Of a DNA stretch of 64,000 bases, positions 49,306-60,608 are shown in pieces; within the stretch, counting starts at the first letter, position 1, and each line of letters begins with the position of its first letter. This DNA is from Macrostomum lignano (Eukaryota). The stretch covers positions 8,309-72,308 of the forward strand of contig NIVC01000895.1 in NCBI GenBank assembly GCA_002269645.1, read 5' to 3'. A program made the translations under genes and the position numbers. The notes under the pieces are model-generated. The model had not been told where the DNA came from. It made no database searches and worked only from the letters and a program-made list of their open reading frames with translations.

Positions 49306-49451
49306 GGCAACGTTGCTTGGATCTTTTTTATTACGACAAGCAAACTTGAATTTATGTTCTACTTTTGTTGCGACTGGTCTCTTTAATGCCTGAAAGCTGA
49401 AAAAATGAAACAAAATATTGTTTGTTCACCGGTGTGTTTTAATCAATAATA

Positions 49452-49875
<424 letters not shown>

Positions 49876-50439
49876 CTTTATCTATCTATTCGCAGATATT
49901 AACAAATGAAAAATGCTTTTTTAGAAAAACAGAATTCAATAATATTATTTTTTAATTTTGTTTATGCGATAGTTTTGTTGAAAAACAATTTATCTGTAAT
50001 TGACTTAAATATTTAAAAAGAAGGCAAAACCAACACAGATCAAAGGGAATACTGTATAAATGAATAATGTGGAGACTGTCACAGTTATATAAAAAATCAC
50101 AGCACCAATTACTACTGAAAAAAATTTTTTTTGCTAAAATTTTCGTAGCAGAAAATATAAAGAGCAAAATATGATCAAGTTCCGTGAATATAATATATGA
50201 ATTTTCTGAAAGAGTTTCTCATGAGCCAAAAAACATAGTTCTGTTAAAATTGCCTTTTTTACATAAACAAAATAATATTGTGATGGCATGCTACGCTGAA
50301 TAAATACTGTTCAAATGTGTTTTCTGTAACTTTAGAAGACTTAACTTAAAAAAAAACTTTGGAAAACAACAAAATGAGCGACTGATGCGCATGTTTTGCA
50401 GATGAAACGATAGGAGCTCTTCAGAACTTTGACAAGTTA

Positions 50440-51490
50440 CTCTAATTGGCCAAGCTTAGCGTAGGGGGCCTTATGTAAGTGTATCTGTATCGGAAACTTT
50501 GATCTCTAGTCTAAAATCATAAAATTTCTTTTTGTAAACTAAGCGTTGCGTAGAGAGCCTCATTGCGTCATTACTCATCAAAAGATATTCTAATTAGCTT
50601 GACTTTACGTAGAGAGCCTTCTGTACCCCAAGAGAAATAACCGACAGCCCCAACACACCGTAGTCTAATAAAACAATCAATCATTCTAGTTGGCTAAGTC
50701 TAGCGTAGAGAGCCTCATAGAATCGCCTCTGTTCGGCTTTAGACACCCTGGCAAGGCTGCTGCGCTCCTTGGGTAATCTTCCAAGTCGTTTGCCCAAGCC
50801 CATCAGCGCCTGCGCACCATTACTAATAACCGGAATACGATCAACGATGCCTTCCCAAAGAAGGCCGCGAGCACAGATGACGTCGCAATGATCCCAGTGC
50901 TTGGTGACAGATTGTGCTACTGAAGCCATTGACTCGGTATACCAAATGCCTCGTTGATTTTTTTCCGAATCGTGCTCGCCATTGTTGGTGGAAGATTTAG
51001 CTAAAATAGTAAAAAGTTTTCTTCTAAGTTATATTGACCTAAATATTATAAATTCAATTAGATAGCCAGCTAACGTAGAGAGCCTTAAATTAGCGGAGCT
51101 AAGCATAGTATAAATCGTGCTATTTAAACTAAACAGATGCCTCTTGAACAAAAATCGAGAAAACTTTTTTATCAAGCCTACGTAGAGAGCCTCAAATCAG
51201 CTGAGCAATTTAAACGTAGAGAGCCTTAAGTTAAGTTAAAACGTAGAATTAATCAAACTTTTAATATTCCAGGCAGTCTTGTAAATTTAAAAGCTGTGAA
51301 ACAAAGCACTATAAATTCAAGTAACCTAGCAAATTTACCCCGTAGAGAGCCTCAAAATATAGGTTCAGTAAACTTAGTAGTAATAAGAACAACTGATTCT
51401 GGGGGAGCCTTGCCAAATGAAAGGTAAAGAACCACAATCAGCAAAACAGTCTAAAAATTAATTGAGACTCAAACGTAGACAGCCTCAAAA
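50440..51490. repeat. Dispersed 12-bp motif CGTAGAGAGCCT, about 10 copies with unique spacers
   Basis: Exact at 50549, 50608, 50704, 51074, 51181, 51215, 51341; variants at 50460, ~51400, 51474. Confidence 0.85.
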
Positions 51491-54400
51491 ATCGATGGGT
51501 AAACTTAGTAATATTAGTTTTCTGGCAAAAGATAAGATCCTCAAACTCCTTCCAACCTAGAATCTAGACAAATAACGTGAAAACTAAAACGTACCGGACT
51601 TGTCAGCAGCGTTCGCGGCGGATTCTTCCGGCACGGACAGACAAACCATTGTCCTAGGCAGAGGGCCAGAAGGCGACATTTGACTCGCTAGCGGCACTAA
51701 ACCGTCGCTAATTTGCCAGTCACGTGACCAGGACCAGCCGGGGGCATGGCGGAAAATTTGCGATTCCGCATATACAGGTAAGGCCCGGCCATGAAGGTCT
51801 TCACCTGCGATTGGGGCGTGGAATAGTGGGCTGGTTGTACAGTCACGACAATGACATTTGGACTGAATAATAGTGTGAGGAGGGTAAACGACAGGGGATG
51901 CGGATAAATGACATGGGGTTAGGAGGGTAAATTACAGGGGTCTGGGGGTAAATGACGGATGAGAAGGGCTTGTCGGGGTCTCATGTTAAGTAAGAAGGCT
52001 GCACACGAACCAACAACAAATATCCCTATAAGTAGTCACCTGTGTATACGTAGAGCAAGACGCAGTATAGCTCAGATAATAAGTATTCGGAAAATCAGGC
52101 ACCAGAGCGTTGAACTTTTCGCACGATTGCAACGTTAAATCGTAGGCTAGATTGTCTTCTCCTAGTAGGAAACCGCTTTCCGACATGCGCTGTCGTAACC
52201 GATTGAAATCGGAAAAATCGTCCTGTGGATAGTGTGTCGGTTCAAGAGAACTGGCTTCGACTAACGGTAATTGTAAACAGATTCTACACTAAGTGGAAGC
52301 ACGACTCCAGGAGTGATACAATAAGACAAAGAAGAACATAAGACACAGTGACAGAAGTGAGTGACCAAATAACCGAGTTAAACAAGGACACAACAATACC
52401 GGATTAAGACAGGTAAGGGAAGAATGATAGCTCATGTCTAGAGCATTAAAATAGCAGACTCACTTGGCTAATATTAAAGTGCTCCAATTTCCATAACAAC
52501 ATGCGCCGTCTCTCATTAACGGGAAATCCAAACGCCGCGCCAAGAGTATCAACCATGCTAATTAAAGGTACAATATTGGACAGTCCAAATAGGCCGGTTT
52601 CAACATTGCAACCGGCTAAATAAGACGCCGTTGAACCGTTCATTGGCGCCATAATGCAGGTGACTGATTTCACCCACGATGCATTCGTACCCCGATCCCA
52701 GAAGTCCAATTGGAGCAGGTGCTGCAGTTGGCGAATTGTATTACCGCCAGCCGAGTGACCCACAAAGTGCAACGGTCGGTCCTCGCTCCACCAGGGATAT
52801 AGCGGCTTGTCGGAGAAGTCGCGACCGTATCTGTACCAGTTGTGCGAAAGACAAGAGGTTTCTTTTATCTGTCTATTTGATACTGCGTATGCTTTGCTTT
52901 TCCTAAGGGGTGAACAACTGTATGCAAAATCTACAGCATTTTTCCCGTCGATCGCGGAGTGTCCTGGATGTCCGTCTGTCTTCTATCTGTCTGCCTGTCT
53001 GTATGTGGTGTGATGTTTGCGTGTGAGGATGGGCCTTTGCACTTGTTTGTTATTCCTTTAGTTGGTCACGTGCTTTTTGTATGTGTGGCTGTGTACGTTT
53101 TAACCTCTGCCCCTCAGGGGCGAGTCATTTGTATTCTAATTCGTAATTCTATAGTCGGCATTTTATAAATTGAATGCCATTGATCATTAATGCCAAATAT
53201 GCTTCGTTTATTTTGTCCTATATTCTCGGCTATTACATTGGTGGCAGCGGTGGAATTCAAACCCACGCCATTTCGGACAGTGTCTGTATCTGTAACTTTA
53301 GTTTCTTTTCTTTTGTAACTTTAATTCTGTCCCCGTTAGCTCTATAAAGTGCCGCGTGCAGTCCTACATTCAGCCAGTCAGTGCAAAGTTGCTTACTTAG
53401 ACTGAGTTCTCAGTCAACAAGCACCATAAGCCACCCGCTCACCTATCGTGCCGGTGAGTCAAACTGTGCTGCTCTCCATAATCAACCCGACAGCCGACAA
53501 TCTGGGCGAACAATTCACAAGCTCGATCGTGATAAGAACTAATTGGACCAACCGATGCTTCCAATACTAGCAGGCCGTGAAAATTTGTGTCCCGATCAAT
53601 CGCAGTCTCCCAATAGTGCACTCGACCTTTCGGTGTGAGCATCTCGTCGGGCCCAAAGCCAAATAGACCGTGAACTAGCACCACAGGCGGCTGAGTGCAG
53701 TCACGAAGCTGCTCAAGCGTCGGACGCACCGGGACAATGTCAGTGAGCGGCTGTGGCTCTGCACCCCCTCTGGACTGCGACGATGAATCGCCAAACAGAG
53801 GATCGGCTTTGTGACGAATCTCTGAGAAACTAGACAAACTATAGCTAACCGCTGCCCAAAGATGCGCACCTGAACGCTTTCTATAAGACTCGGACGATTG
53901 GTTTGAGCTAGGAGCTCGATTTGGATCAGGGTTTGAATCTTGAGTAAAACCCAGGTTCGAATTTTGTGTCATGCCTGGGTTCGAATCTTGCATCAAGCCT
54001 GGGTCTTGCATCGTGCCCGGGTTCGAATCTTGCATCAAGCCTGGGTCTTGCATCATGCCTGGGTTCGAATCTTGCATCATGTCTGGGTTCGAATCTTGCA
54101 TCATGTCTGGGTTCGAATCTTGCATCAAGCCTGGGTTCGAATCTTGCATCAAGCCTGGGTCTTGCATCGTGCCCGGGTTTGAATCTTGCATCAAGCCTGG
54201 GTTCGAATCTTGCATCAAGCCTGGGTTCGAATTTTGTGTCATGCCTGGGTTCGAATCTTGCATCATGCCTGGGTTCGAATCTTGTGTCATGCCTGGGTTC
54301 GAATCTTGCATCATGCCTGGGTTCGAATCTTGCATCAAGCCTGGGTTCGAATCTTGCATCAAGCCTGGGTTCGAATCTTGCATCATGCCTGGGTTCGAAT

Positions 54401-54677
54401 CTTGCATCATGTCTGGGTTTGAATCTTGCATCATGTCTGGGTTCGAATCTTGTGTCATGTCTGAGTTCGAATCTTGTATTAAGTCCGGCTTCGATTCCCT
54501 ATTTGAACTAATCTGCGGAGGCGGCGGTCTTGGAGGAGGCTGTCGGACAATTTGCGCCGATGATGAAGAATTAATTAATGGCGCTGGTGCGGCCGTAACG
54601 ATGCTATTTTGATTTATATCTGATGTTTCAGTTTCCGTTTGCAAGATTATTTCTGATTCTTCCGTCTCTGCTGACAT
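50681..54677 (-). CDS. Alpha/beta-hydrolase lipase of the Geobacillus/Staphylococcus/plant type; exons 54677-53443, 52830-52464, 52222-52040, 51804-51595, 51000-50681; one apparent 1-nt homopolymer frameshift at 51740-51744
   Basis: PVVLVHGLFGFG, SVGPISSYHDRACELFAQIVG..VDYG..HS, HFVGHSAGG (Ser), DWQISDGLVP (Asp), HWDH (His), GIWY; splice phases join once one C is restored. Confidence 0.85.
53009..53237 (+). mobile_element. Candidate LTR (TGTGAT...ATTACA) followed by a tRNA-Leu primer-binding site
   Basis: TG...CA inverted termini (5/6) immediately followed by T-TGGTGGCAGCGGTGG; no TSD or second LTR identified. Confidence 0.4.
53239..53293 (-). pseudogene. 3' part of a tRNA-Leu-type sequence including an encoded CCA
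   Basis: Minus strand ...CTGTCCGAAATGGCGTGGGTTTGAATTCCACCGCTGCCACCA: long variable arm, T-loop, acceptor strand, discriminator A plus CCA; 5' half absent. Confidence 0.7.
53925..54485 (-). repeat. Coding minisatellite in lipase exon 1, (M/L)MQDSNPG x about 24
   Basis: 24-nt units with three 18-nt variants, all frame-preserving. Confidence 0.92.
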
Positions 54678-54859
54678 GTCTTTATTGTTTTTTACATACG
54701 ACGTAAATACTGCGTTAATTGTGCATTAATTAGTAGTTGACAATGATGCTCTCAAGGCGAATCTGAAAGTCAATAAATTGAACTAAAATCAATAATGGGA
54801 TGTCTCTCCTTAAGGTAGGGCTATTTTAAATTAGCTATATTTTTCATTGACATAGACTA

Positions 54860-55477
54860 TCGCTTTTGACTCTCTAGATAAGACTTTAGACATTCAAAAT
54901 AAGACTGCATAGGATCGCAAGCAAGGCCAGGCTAGCCACGGCCAGAGCATGCCCAGTCTTGGCTGCAGGAATGGCTTGGCCATAGACTAAAAAATGGAAT
55001 ATCAAAATGAGAATAAGACGCTCAATATGAGACCGGGAGTGAACGTAATTTATTTGCTTTTTGGCAGTCACCATACAAACAGCTAAGGAGAAATTAGGCA
55101 ATAAACAAGAAGCAGAATTTGAGCGGCAGCTAGGATGGTTGATCCATTGTTTACTGCGTCGATCAGACGTTGACGGTCTGCTGCAGGAATCGATGGTGCC
55201 ATCACAGTGAAATCCAAGGGGTCAGATGCAACCCAAGGGGTGAAGAAGGAGAGCTGGCTGAAGGTCAGAGGGTTAGAGCGATATCTGAAGGCTTTCACAC
55301 TCAGTCTCATATTGAGCGTCTTATTCTCATTTTGATATTCCATTTTTTAGTCTATGGCCAAGCCATTCCTGCAGCCAAGACTGGGCATGCTCTGGCCGTG
55401 GCTAGCCTGGCCTTGCTTGCGATCCTATGCAGTCTTATTTTGAATGTCTAAAGTCTTGTCTAGAGCGTCAAAAGCGA
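54860..55477. mobile_element. Tc1/mariner-like foldback (internally deleted) element
   Basis: About 175-bp near-perfect inverted arms starting TCGCTTTTGAC / GTCAAAAGCGA, flanked by TA on both sides; the spacer encodes an HTH-like MAPSIPAADRQRLIDAVNNGSTILAAAQIL on the minus strand. Confidence 0.7.
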
Positions 55478-56263
55478 TACTAATAATTACTTATACTATA
55501 GTCACGTAACAAAAAACAACAAAAGAAATATTGGTAATGCATATTAATTTGGCAGTTTGTATTTGTTTCAATTTCTTACCGGTATAAAATAGCAAGTAAT
55601 TAATAGTAGAAATGCTTTTAAATAAAATGAAAAGTAGCATAATAACAAGTAAACCTATAATTCAACAAGATTGTAATTTTTACGAAGGCTTAATTTTTAA
55701 GCCTTCAACAGAATTCAAATATAAGCCACTAGTCTAGCGCTGGGGATAGTTTCAGCCATACTGATCGCGGAACCAATGAAAAGCCGATTTCAAGAGTTTT
55801 ACCTACAGTATTGCTTTTAACAGCTTGTAACACGATATAGTTGTATACCTTTTAAATCAACAACCAACGATGAGACAGTTCTACCTATTCCGCTGGCTCC
55901 TGAGCACATACAGCTCGCCAATACTGTACGCAGCACGCAATCATACACAGTTTTAGAGCTGTTGCTAATCTAGATGACTTTAAAACGACTGAGTTCTGAG
56001 ATAACTGAGTTCTATTTAGTCTACTAAAGTCAGTAGAAAGTTAAGGGCTCATGCGAATCTTGGACGACTTTTTGAGACTCTTTTTTACGATTCTGCAACT
56101 CACGTGATGCCCTCGTGACTAAACAGTTGTTTGAGTCGTTTTACACAAATTGTTTTACACAGGGTGCAAAGCGGCCCTCGACCCCATTCAGCACTATGCA
56201 CTCTAGAGCCTCTTAACTTCACTTGTTCACGACTCCTGACACGTAAAAAACGACAATAGAGTT

Positions 56264-59113
56264 TCAAGCAGACAGACTAAACAGCCGATAGCCAAGCTGA
56301 GAGCAAACGTCGATTCGAGAACCAAGACCGCAGCCAGTGAATCGCCAGTCTCTCACGCTGGACAATCCGCTATCTCCGCCGATGCCTAAACATCCAATAG
56401 ACATAGTCTGCCAACAAGACAGTTTAGTTTTGGCAACTAAACTGCCATTGACTGTTGACACTTGACCAACTAAGGGAGAATTTCCGCCAATTAGGAGTCG
56501 ATCGCAAGGTGAAAATTCGGCGCAGAACGGAGTAAACTGGTCAGTTGGTTGCCAGTCTATGGTAGCAATTGGTTCGATCAAATTGGCACTATGCCAAATA
56601 GCTAAGCGAGGCCCGCCGCCGCAGGCGAACCAATCTACGGTGTCCGGTCGGCAGGCTAAACAGGTTAGCCAGTTGCCTAGATACGGCCTAGCAACAGAAT
56701 CTGGGGCAGCAAGTGCCGGTTGGAAACTGTTGCGAACTGAGCGCTGACGCGAGTCTAAGAAACGAACAAAACCTGCTTCGTCTGAGCAGACGGCTGAGCT
56801 AGAATCGGATGAGCCGACGGTAACTCGAAGAACTGATGCGGCCGACTGTTTGGATGAAGAATCATCTGGTAGAATTATTAGTTTAAATGAAAGCTTTGGT
56901 TGAATATTTTAGCTCAATTGCAAGTTGACAGTTGCTTATGGCCAAACCAAAAAGTTTGATTGTTGCTCATGGGCATATAAAAATGATAATAACTATAAAC
57001 TACACTTTTTAGGCACATTAAAGATAAAGATTTTTGCTGTAACCATGAAAAACTAGTACATAGACTTAGTGTTCGGCCATAGACAACTAATCTAGTGTTT
57101 TTGCATTGGCCATATACAACTAATCTAGTGTTTTTGCATTGGCCATAGACAATTAAAAGCTGCTTTGGCCATAGACAATTAATCTAGTGTTTTTGCATTG
57201 GCCATAGACAATTAAAAGCTGCTTTGGCCATAGACAACTAATCTAGTGTTTTTGCATTGGCCATAGACAATTAAAAGCTCTGTTTTGGCCATAGACAACT
57301 AATCTAGTGTTTTTGCATTGGCCATAGACAATTAAAAGCTCTGTTTTGGCCATAGACAACTAATCTAGTGTTTTGCATTGGCCATAGACAATTAAAAGCT
57401 CTGTTTTGGCCATAGACAACTAATCTAGTGTTTTTGCATTGGCCATAGACAATTAAAAGCTGTTTTGGCCATAGACAACTAATCTAGTGTTTTTGCATTG
57501 GCCATAGACAATTAAAAGCTCTGTTTTGGCCATAGACAACTAATCTAGTGTTTTTGCATTGGCCATAGACAATTAAAAGCTCTGTTTTGGCCATAGACAA
57601 CTAATCTAGTGTTTTTGCATTGGCCATAGACAATTAAAAGCTCTGTTTTGGCCATAGACAACTAATCTAGTGTTTTTGCATTGGCCATAGACAATTAAAA
57701 GCTGTTTTGGCCATAGACAACTAATCTAGTGTTTTTGCATTGGCCATAGACAATTAAAAGCTCTGTTTTGGCCATAGACAACTAATCTAGTGTTTTGCAT
57801 TGGCCATAGACAATTAAAAGCTCTGTTTTGGCCATAGACAACTAATCTAGTGTTTTTGCATTGGCCATAGACAATTAAAAGCTGTTTTGGCCATAGACAA
57901 CTAATCTAGTGTTTTTGCATTGGCCATAGACAATTAAAAGCTGTTTTGGCCATAGACAACTAATCTAGTGTTTTTGCATTGGCCATAGACAATTAAAAGC
58001 TCTGTTTTGGCCATAGACAACTAATCTAGTGTTTTTGCATTGGCCATAGACAATTAAAAGCTCTGTTTTGGCCATAGACAACTAATCTAGTGTTTTTGCA
58101 TTGGCCATAGACAATTAAAAGCTGTTTTGGCCATAGACAACTAATCTAGTGTTTTTGCATTGGCCATAGACAATTAAAAGCTCTGTTTTGGCCATAGACA
58201 ACTAATCTAGTGTTTTTGCATTGGCCATAGACAATTAAAAGCTCTGTTTTGGCCATAGACAACTAATCTAGTGTTTTTGCATTGGCCATAGACAATTAAA
58301 AGCTCTGTTTTGGCCATTGACTAACAGTTTTCTGGTTTGGCCATAGACTAGAAGTTTTCTGGTTTGACCATAGAGAGCTAATCTAGAGTTCTGGTTTGAC
58401 AATAGACAACTAATCTATATTTCCGGTTTGACCATAGACAACGAATCTAGAATTCTGGTTTGACCAAAGACAACTAATCTAGAGTTCTGGTTTGGCCATA
58501 GACAACAATATAACATCACTAATAAAGAAAACATTATTATTCTATACTAACCGAAACTCCAAGCGCGGACCAGTCGACCACCGTGACCTAAATCGTACAA
58601 TTTCACGCACCCGTCATTGCAGGCAACAATGAGCTGATGACCATCGGACATGCTTGCCAATGAATTGGCGGTGCCGCCAGATAAATCCAAGCGCCATCTG
58701 ACAGCTGGTGAAGCGTCATAACCATCGAGATTGACTAAATCTGTCCAACTGTAACCGAAAACTCCATTAGCAGAACCAGCCGCCAAGAATCCATGCTCAC
58801 TACTATCAGCAGAACTAGCGATTGTTGCTAAACAATAAATACCAAAATGATTAGCTTTGAAAATGCTAGTAGGCGATAAGCATGGTTCAACAGCGGACAC
58901 ATTGGTCGAAGTTAAATCAGCATTAACTGAATCGTTCGAACAATTAGCTGAATGGATGTTGCACAATAATACTTGACCAAAATTAGTAGAATAGGCTACT
59001 AAAGTGTTGCTAGGCGATTCGGCGTGACTATAAATCAACAGGTGGGCCCGTTCCGCGGCGGTTAGTGCAGAGGAATCACCTGTGCTGGTGATGATGTCTT
59101 GAATTGGACCCAT
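56264..59113 (-). CDS. THOC6: THO complex subunit 6 (WD40); exons 59113-58552, 56865-56264 (387 aa)
   Basis: ERAHLLIYSHAESP..NFGQV, NWLTCL...DWFACGGGPRLAIWH, RIDVCSQLGYRLFSLS; phase-1 GT-AG intron. Confidence 0.85.
57070..58505. repeat. ~60-bp dimeric minisatellite (TTGGCCATAGACAACTAATCTAGTGTTTTTGCA + TTGGCCATAGACAATTAAAAGCTCTGTT) in the THOC6 intron
   Basis: Direct tandem repeat of two related ~30-bp halves. Confidence 0.97.
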
Positions 59114-59239
59114 TGCCGATTTGTTTGTTTAAGCACAAGATTGCATTTGATACGAAAATTAAAAGACTTATAAGTCTAACTTGAAAACAAATTTACGTCT
59201 CCTACACCTTAAAAACAATAAATCTGTGCAACCTATCCA

Positions 59240-59462
59240 CTCCCCTGAGCAAGCACACAAGCGCGCGGATACGTACGCAGTCATACGCGCAGGCACACAC
59301 TGACACAGGAGTGTACAGCGGCCCTAACTTAATTTATCGTTAGACATGTACACTTCACTGTGCCTTGGGGGGGTTGGCCCTCAAGGGCGTTAATTGCACG
59401 AGCAGAGCCAAGCCGAGATTCCAATTTAGCCACAAATTAATGTGACTGCACTTGGAATCGAG
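59240..59462 (-). mobile_element. SINE internal copy
   Basis: Reverse complement matches 15850-16072 from CTCGATTCCAAG to GCTCAGGGGAG. Confidence 0.85.
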
Positions 59463-59535
59463 AATATCTTGGATAAGATCTATGGCTACGGCCCACCGGA
59501 TAAACAATAAGATGATTGCTGAAACGCACGGCAGC

Positions 59536-59930
59536 CATGGATGAAGGAATAGAAAGGATGGATCGCTCATCTGAAATCGAGTCTATGGCCAAAACCTCCT
59601 AAAAATTGGGATATTCCTCCCATGAATTTCATTGGCTGATGGAATTTAATAATAGTACCCCCTAAGTTCCTACTGGCTGAAGCTTGTACGCGAAGGAAAT
59701 TCCAGTCACGATTAACGTTAGACATCTTTAACTTCCTCTGGGCTATGACGGCTTAAGGGAAAGAAATTAGCATTTCCCCAGGTACAAGCTTCAGCCATTA
59801 AGAACTTACGGGAGACTATTATTAAATTCCAGCAGCCAATAAAATTCATGGGGGGATATCCCAATTTTTAGAAAGTCTTGGCCATAGACTCGCTTTCAGA
59901 TGAGCGATCCTTTCTATTCCTTCATCCATG
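59536..59930. mobile_element. hAT-type palindromic MITE
   Basis: 23-bp perfect TIR CATGGATGAAGGAATAGAAAGGA, arms continue imperfectly for about 165 bp; perfect 8-bp TSD ACGGCAGC at 59528-59535 and 59931-59938. Confidence 0.9.
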
Positions 59931-60608
59931 ACGGCAGCCAGTCCGCTGAGAATGTCTATGGCCAAAAGTATATTTGATTCAGTATGAAGTCTGTCGGTTG
60001 GCCTAAAAACGTGTTTCACTCAGACTACTTAAGTAGGACGGGAAACCTCGTTTCTTGGAAAATTTTAGAAGGCAGGTTTTTATTTTTGGATATCAATAGA
60101 TCTATAAGAAAGGCAAAACATATCAAAATAGGAACATTGGGTCTGCCTCTTGTCAAAAGCAATAACAACTTTCTAGACCTAGTTCTAGACCTAAACAACG
60201 GTACCGACGGAATAATGTAAGTCAACCATTACTAAGACCAACTAAACAAAAATTAACCTAGGCTACTTAAAGTACTAGTAAGTAGTAAAATAATGTTTTT
60301 AAAGACAAAACAACACCCAAAGAATGATAAAAAGAAAGCAGTTCAATTTCTGTCTTAGGTATATTTTATAATTAGTTTTACAGATAAAAAGAGCAAACCA
60401 AAAGAGAGAACAAAAGAACCTAATTTATATACTATTTGTGCAAACGACTTAGCGGTTGTGTGTGCAACTAGAAAACAAAAAAAATATTATATAACACTGT
60501 AATCACATTAATAAGGGCTGCTATAGAATACGACAGAATAGAGAAAAATCAAACAAAAAATAAGATGAACAAAATTCCTTGCATTTTTCCACAAACTAGG
60601 CCGTCTGT

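Noticed and set aside
47451-49393. Ser-rich and other overlapping ORFs across nucleolin exon 1
   Set aside because: Antisense or alternative-frame shadows of low-complexity nucleolin sequence.
50440-51490. CRISPR array interpretation of the CGTAGAGAGCCT repeats
   Set aside because: Repeat too short, spacers range 22-358 bp, no cas genes, eukaryotic gene context.
54886-55451. Two ORFs ending in the identical peptide HIERLILILIFHFLVYGQ...
   Set aside because: They are the two arms of the inverted repeat read on opposite strands.
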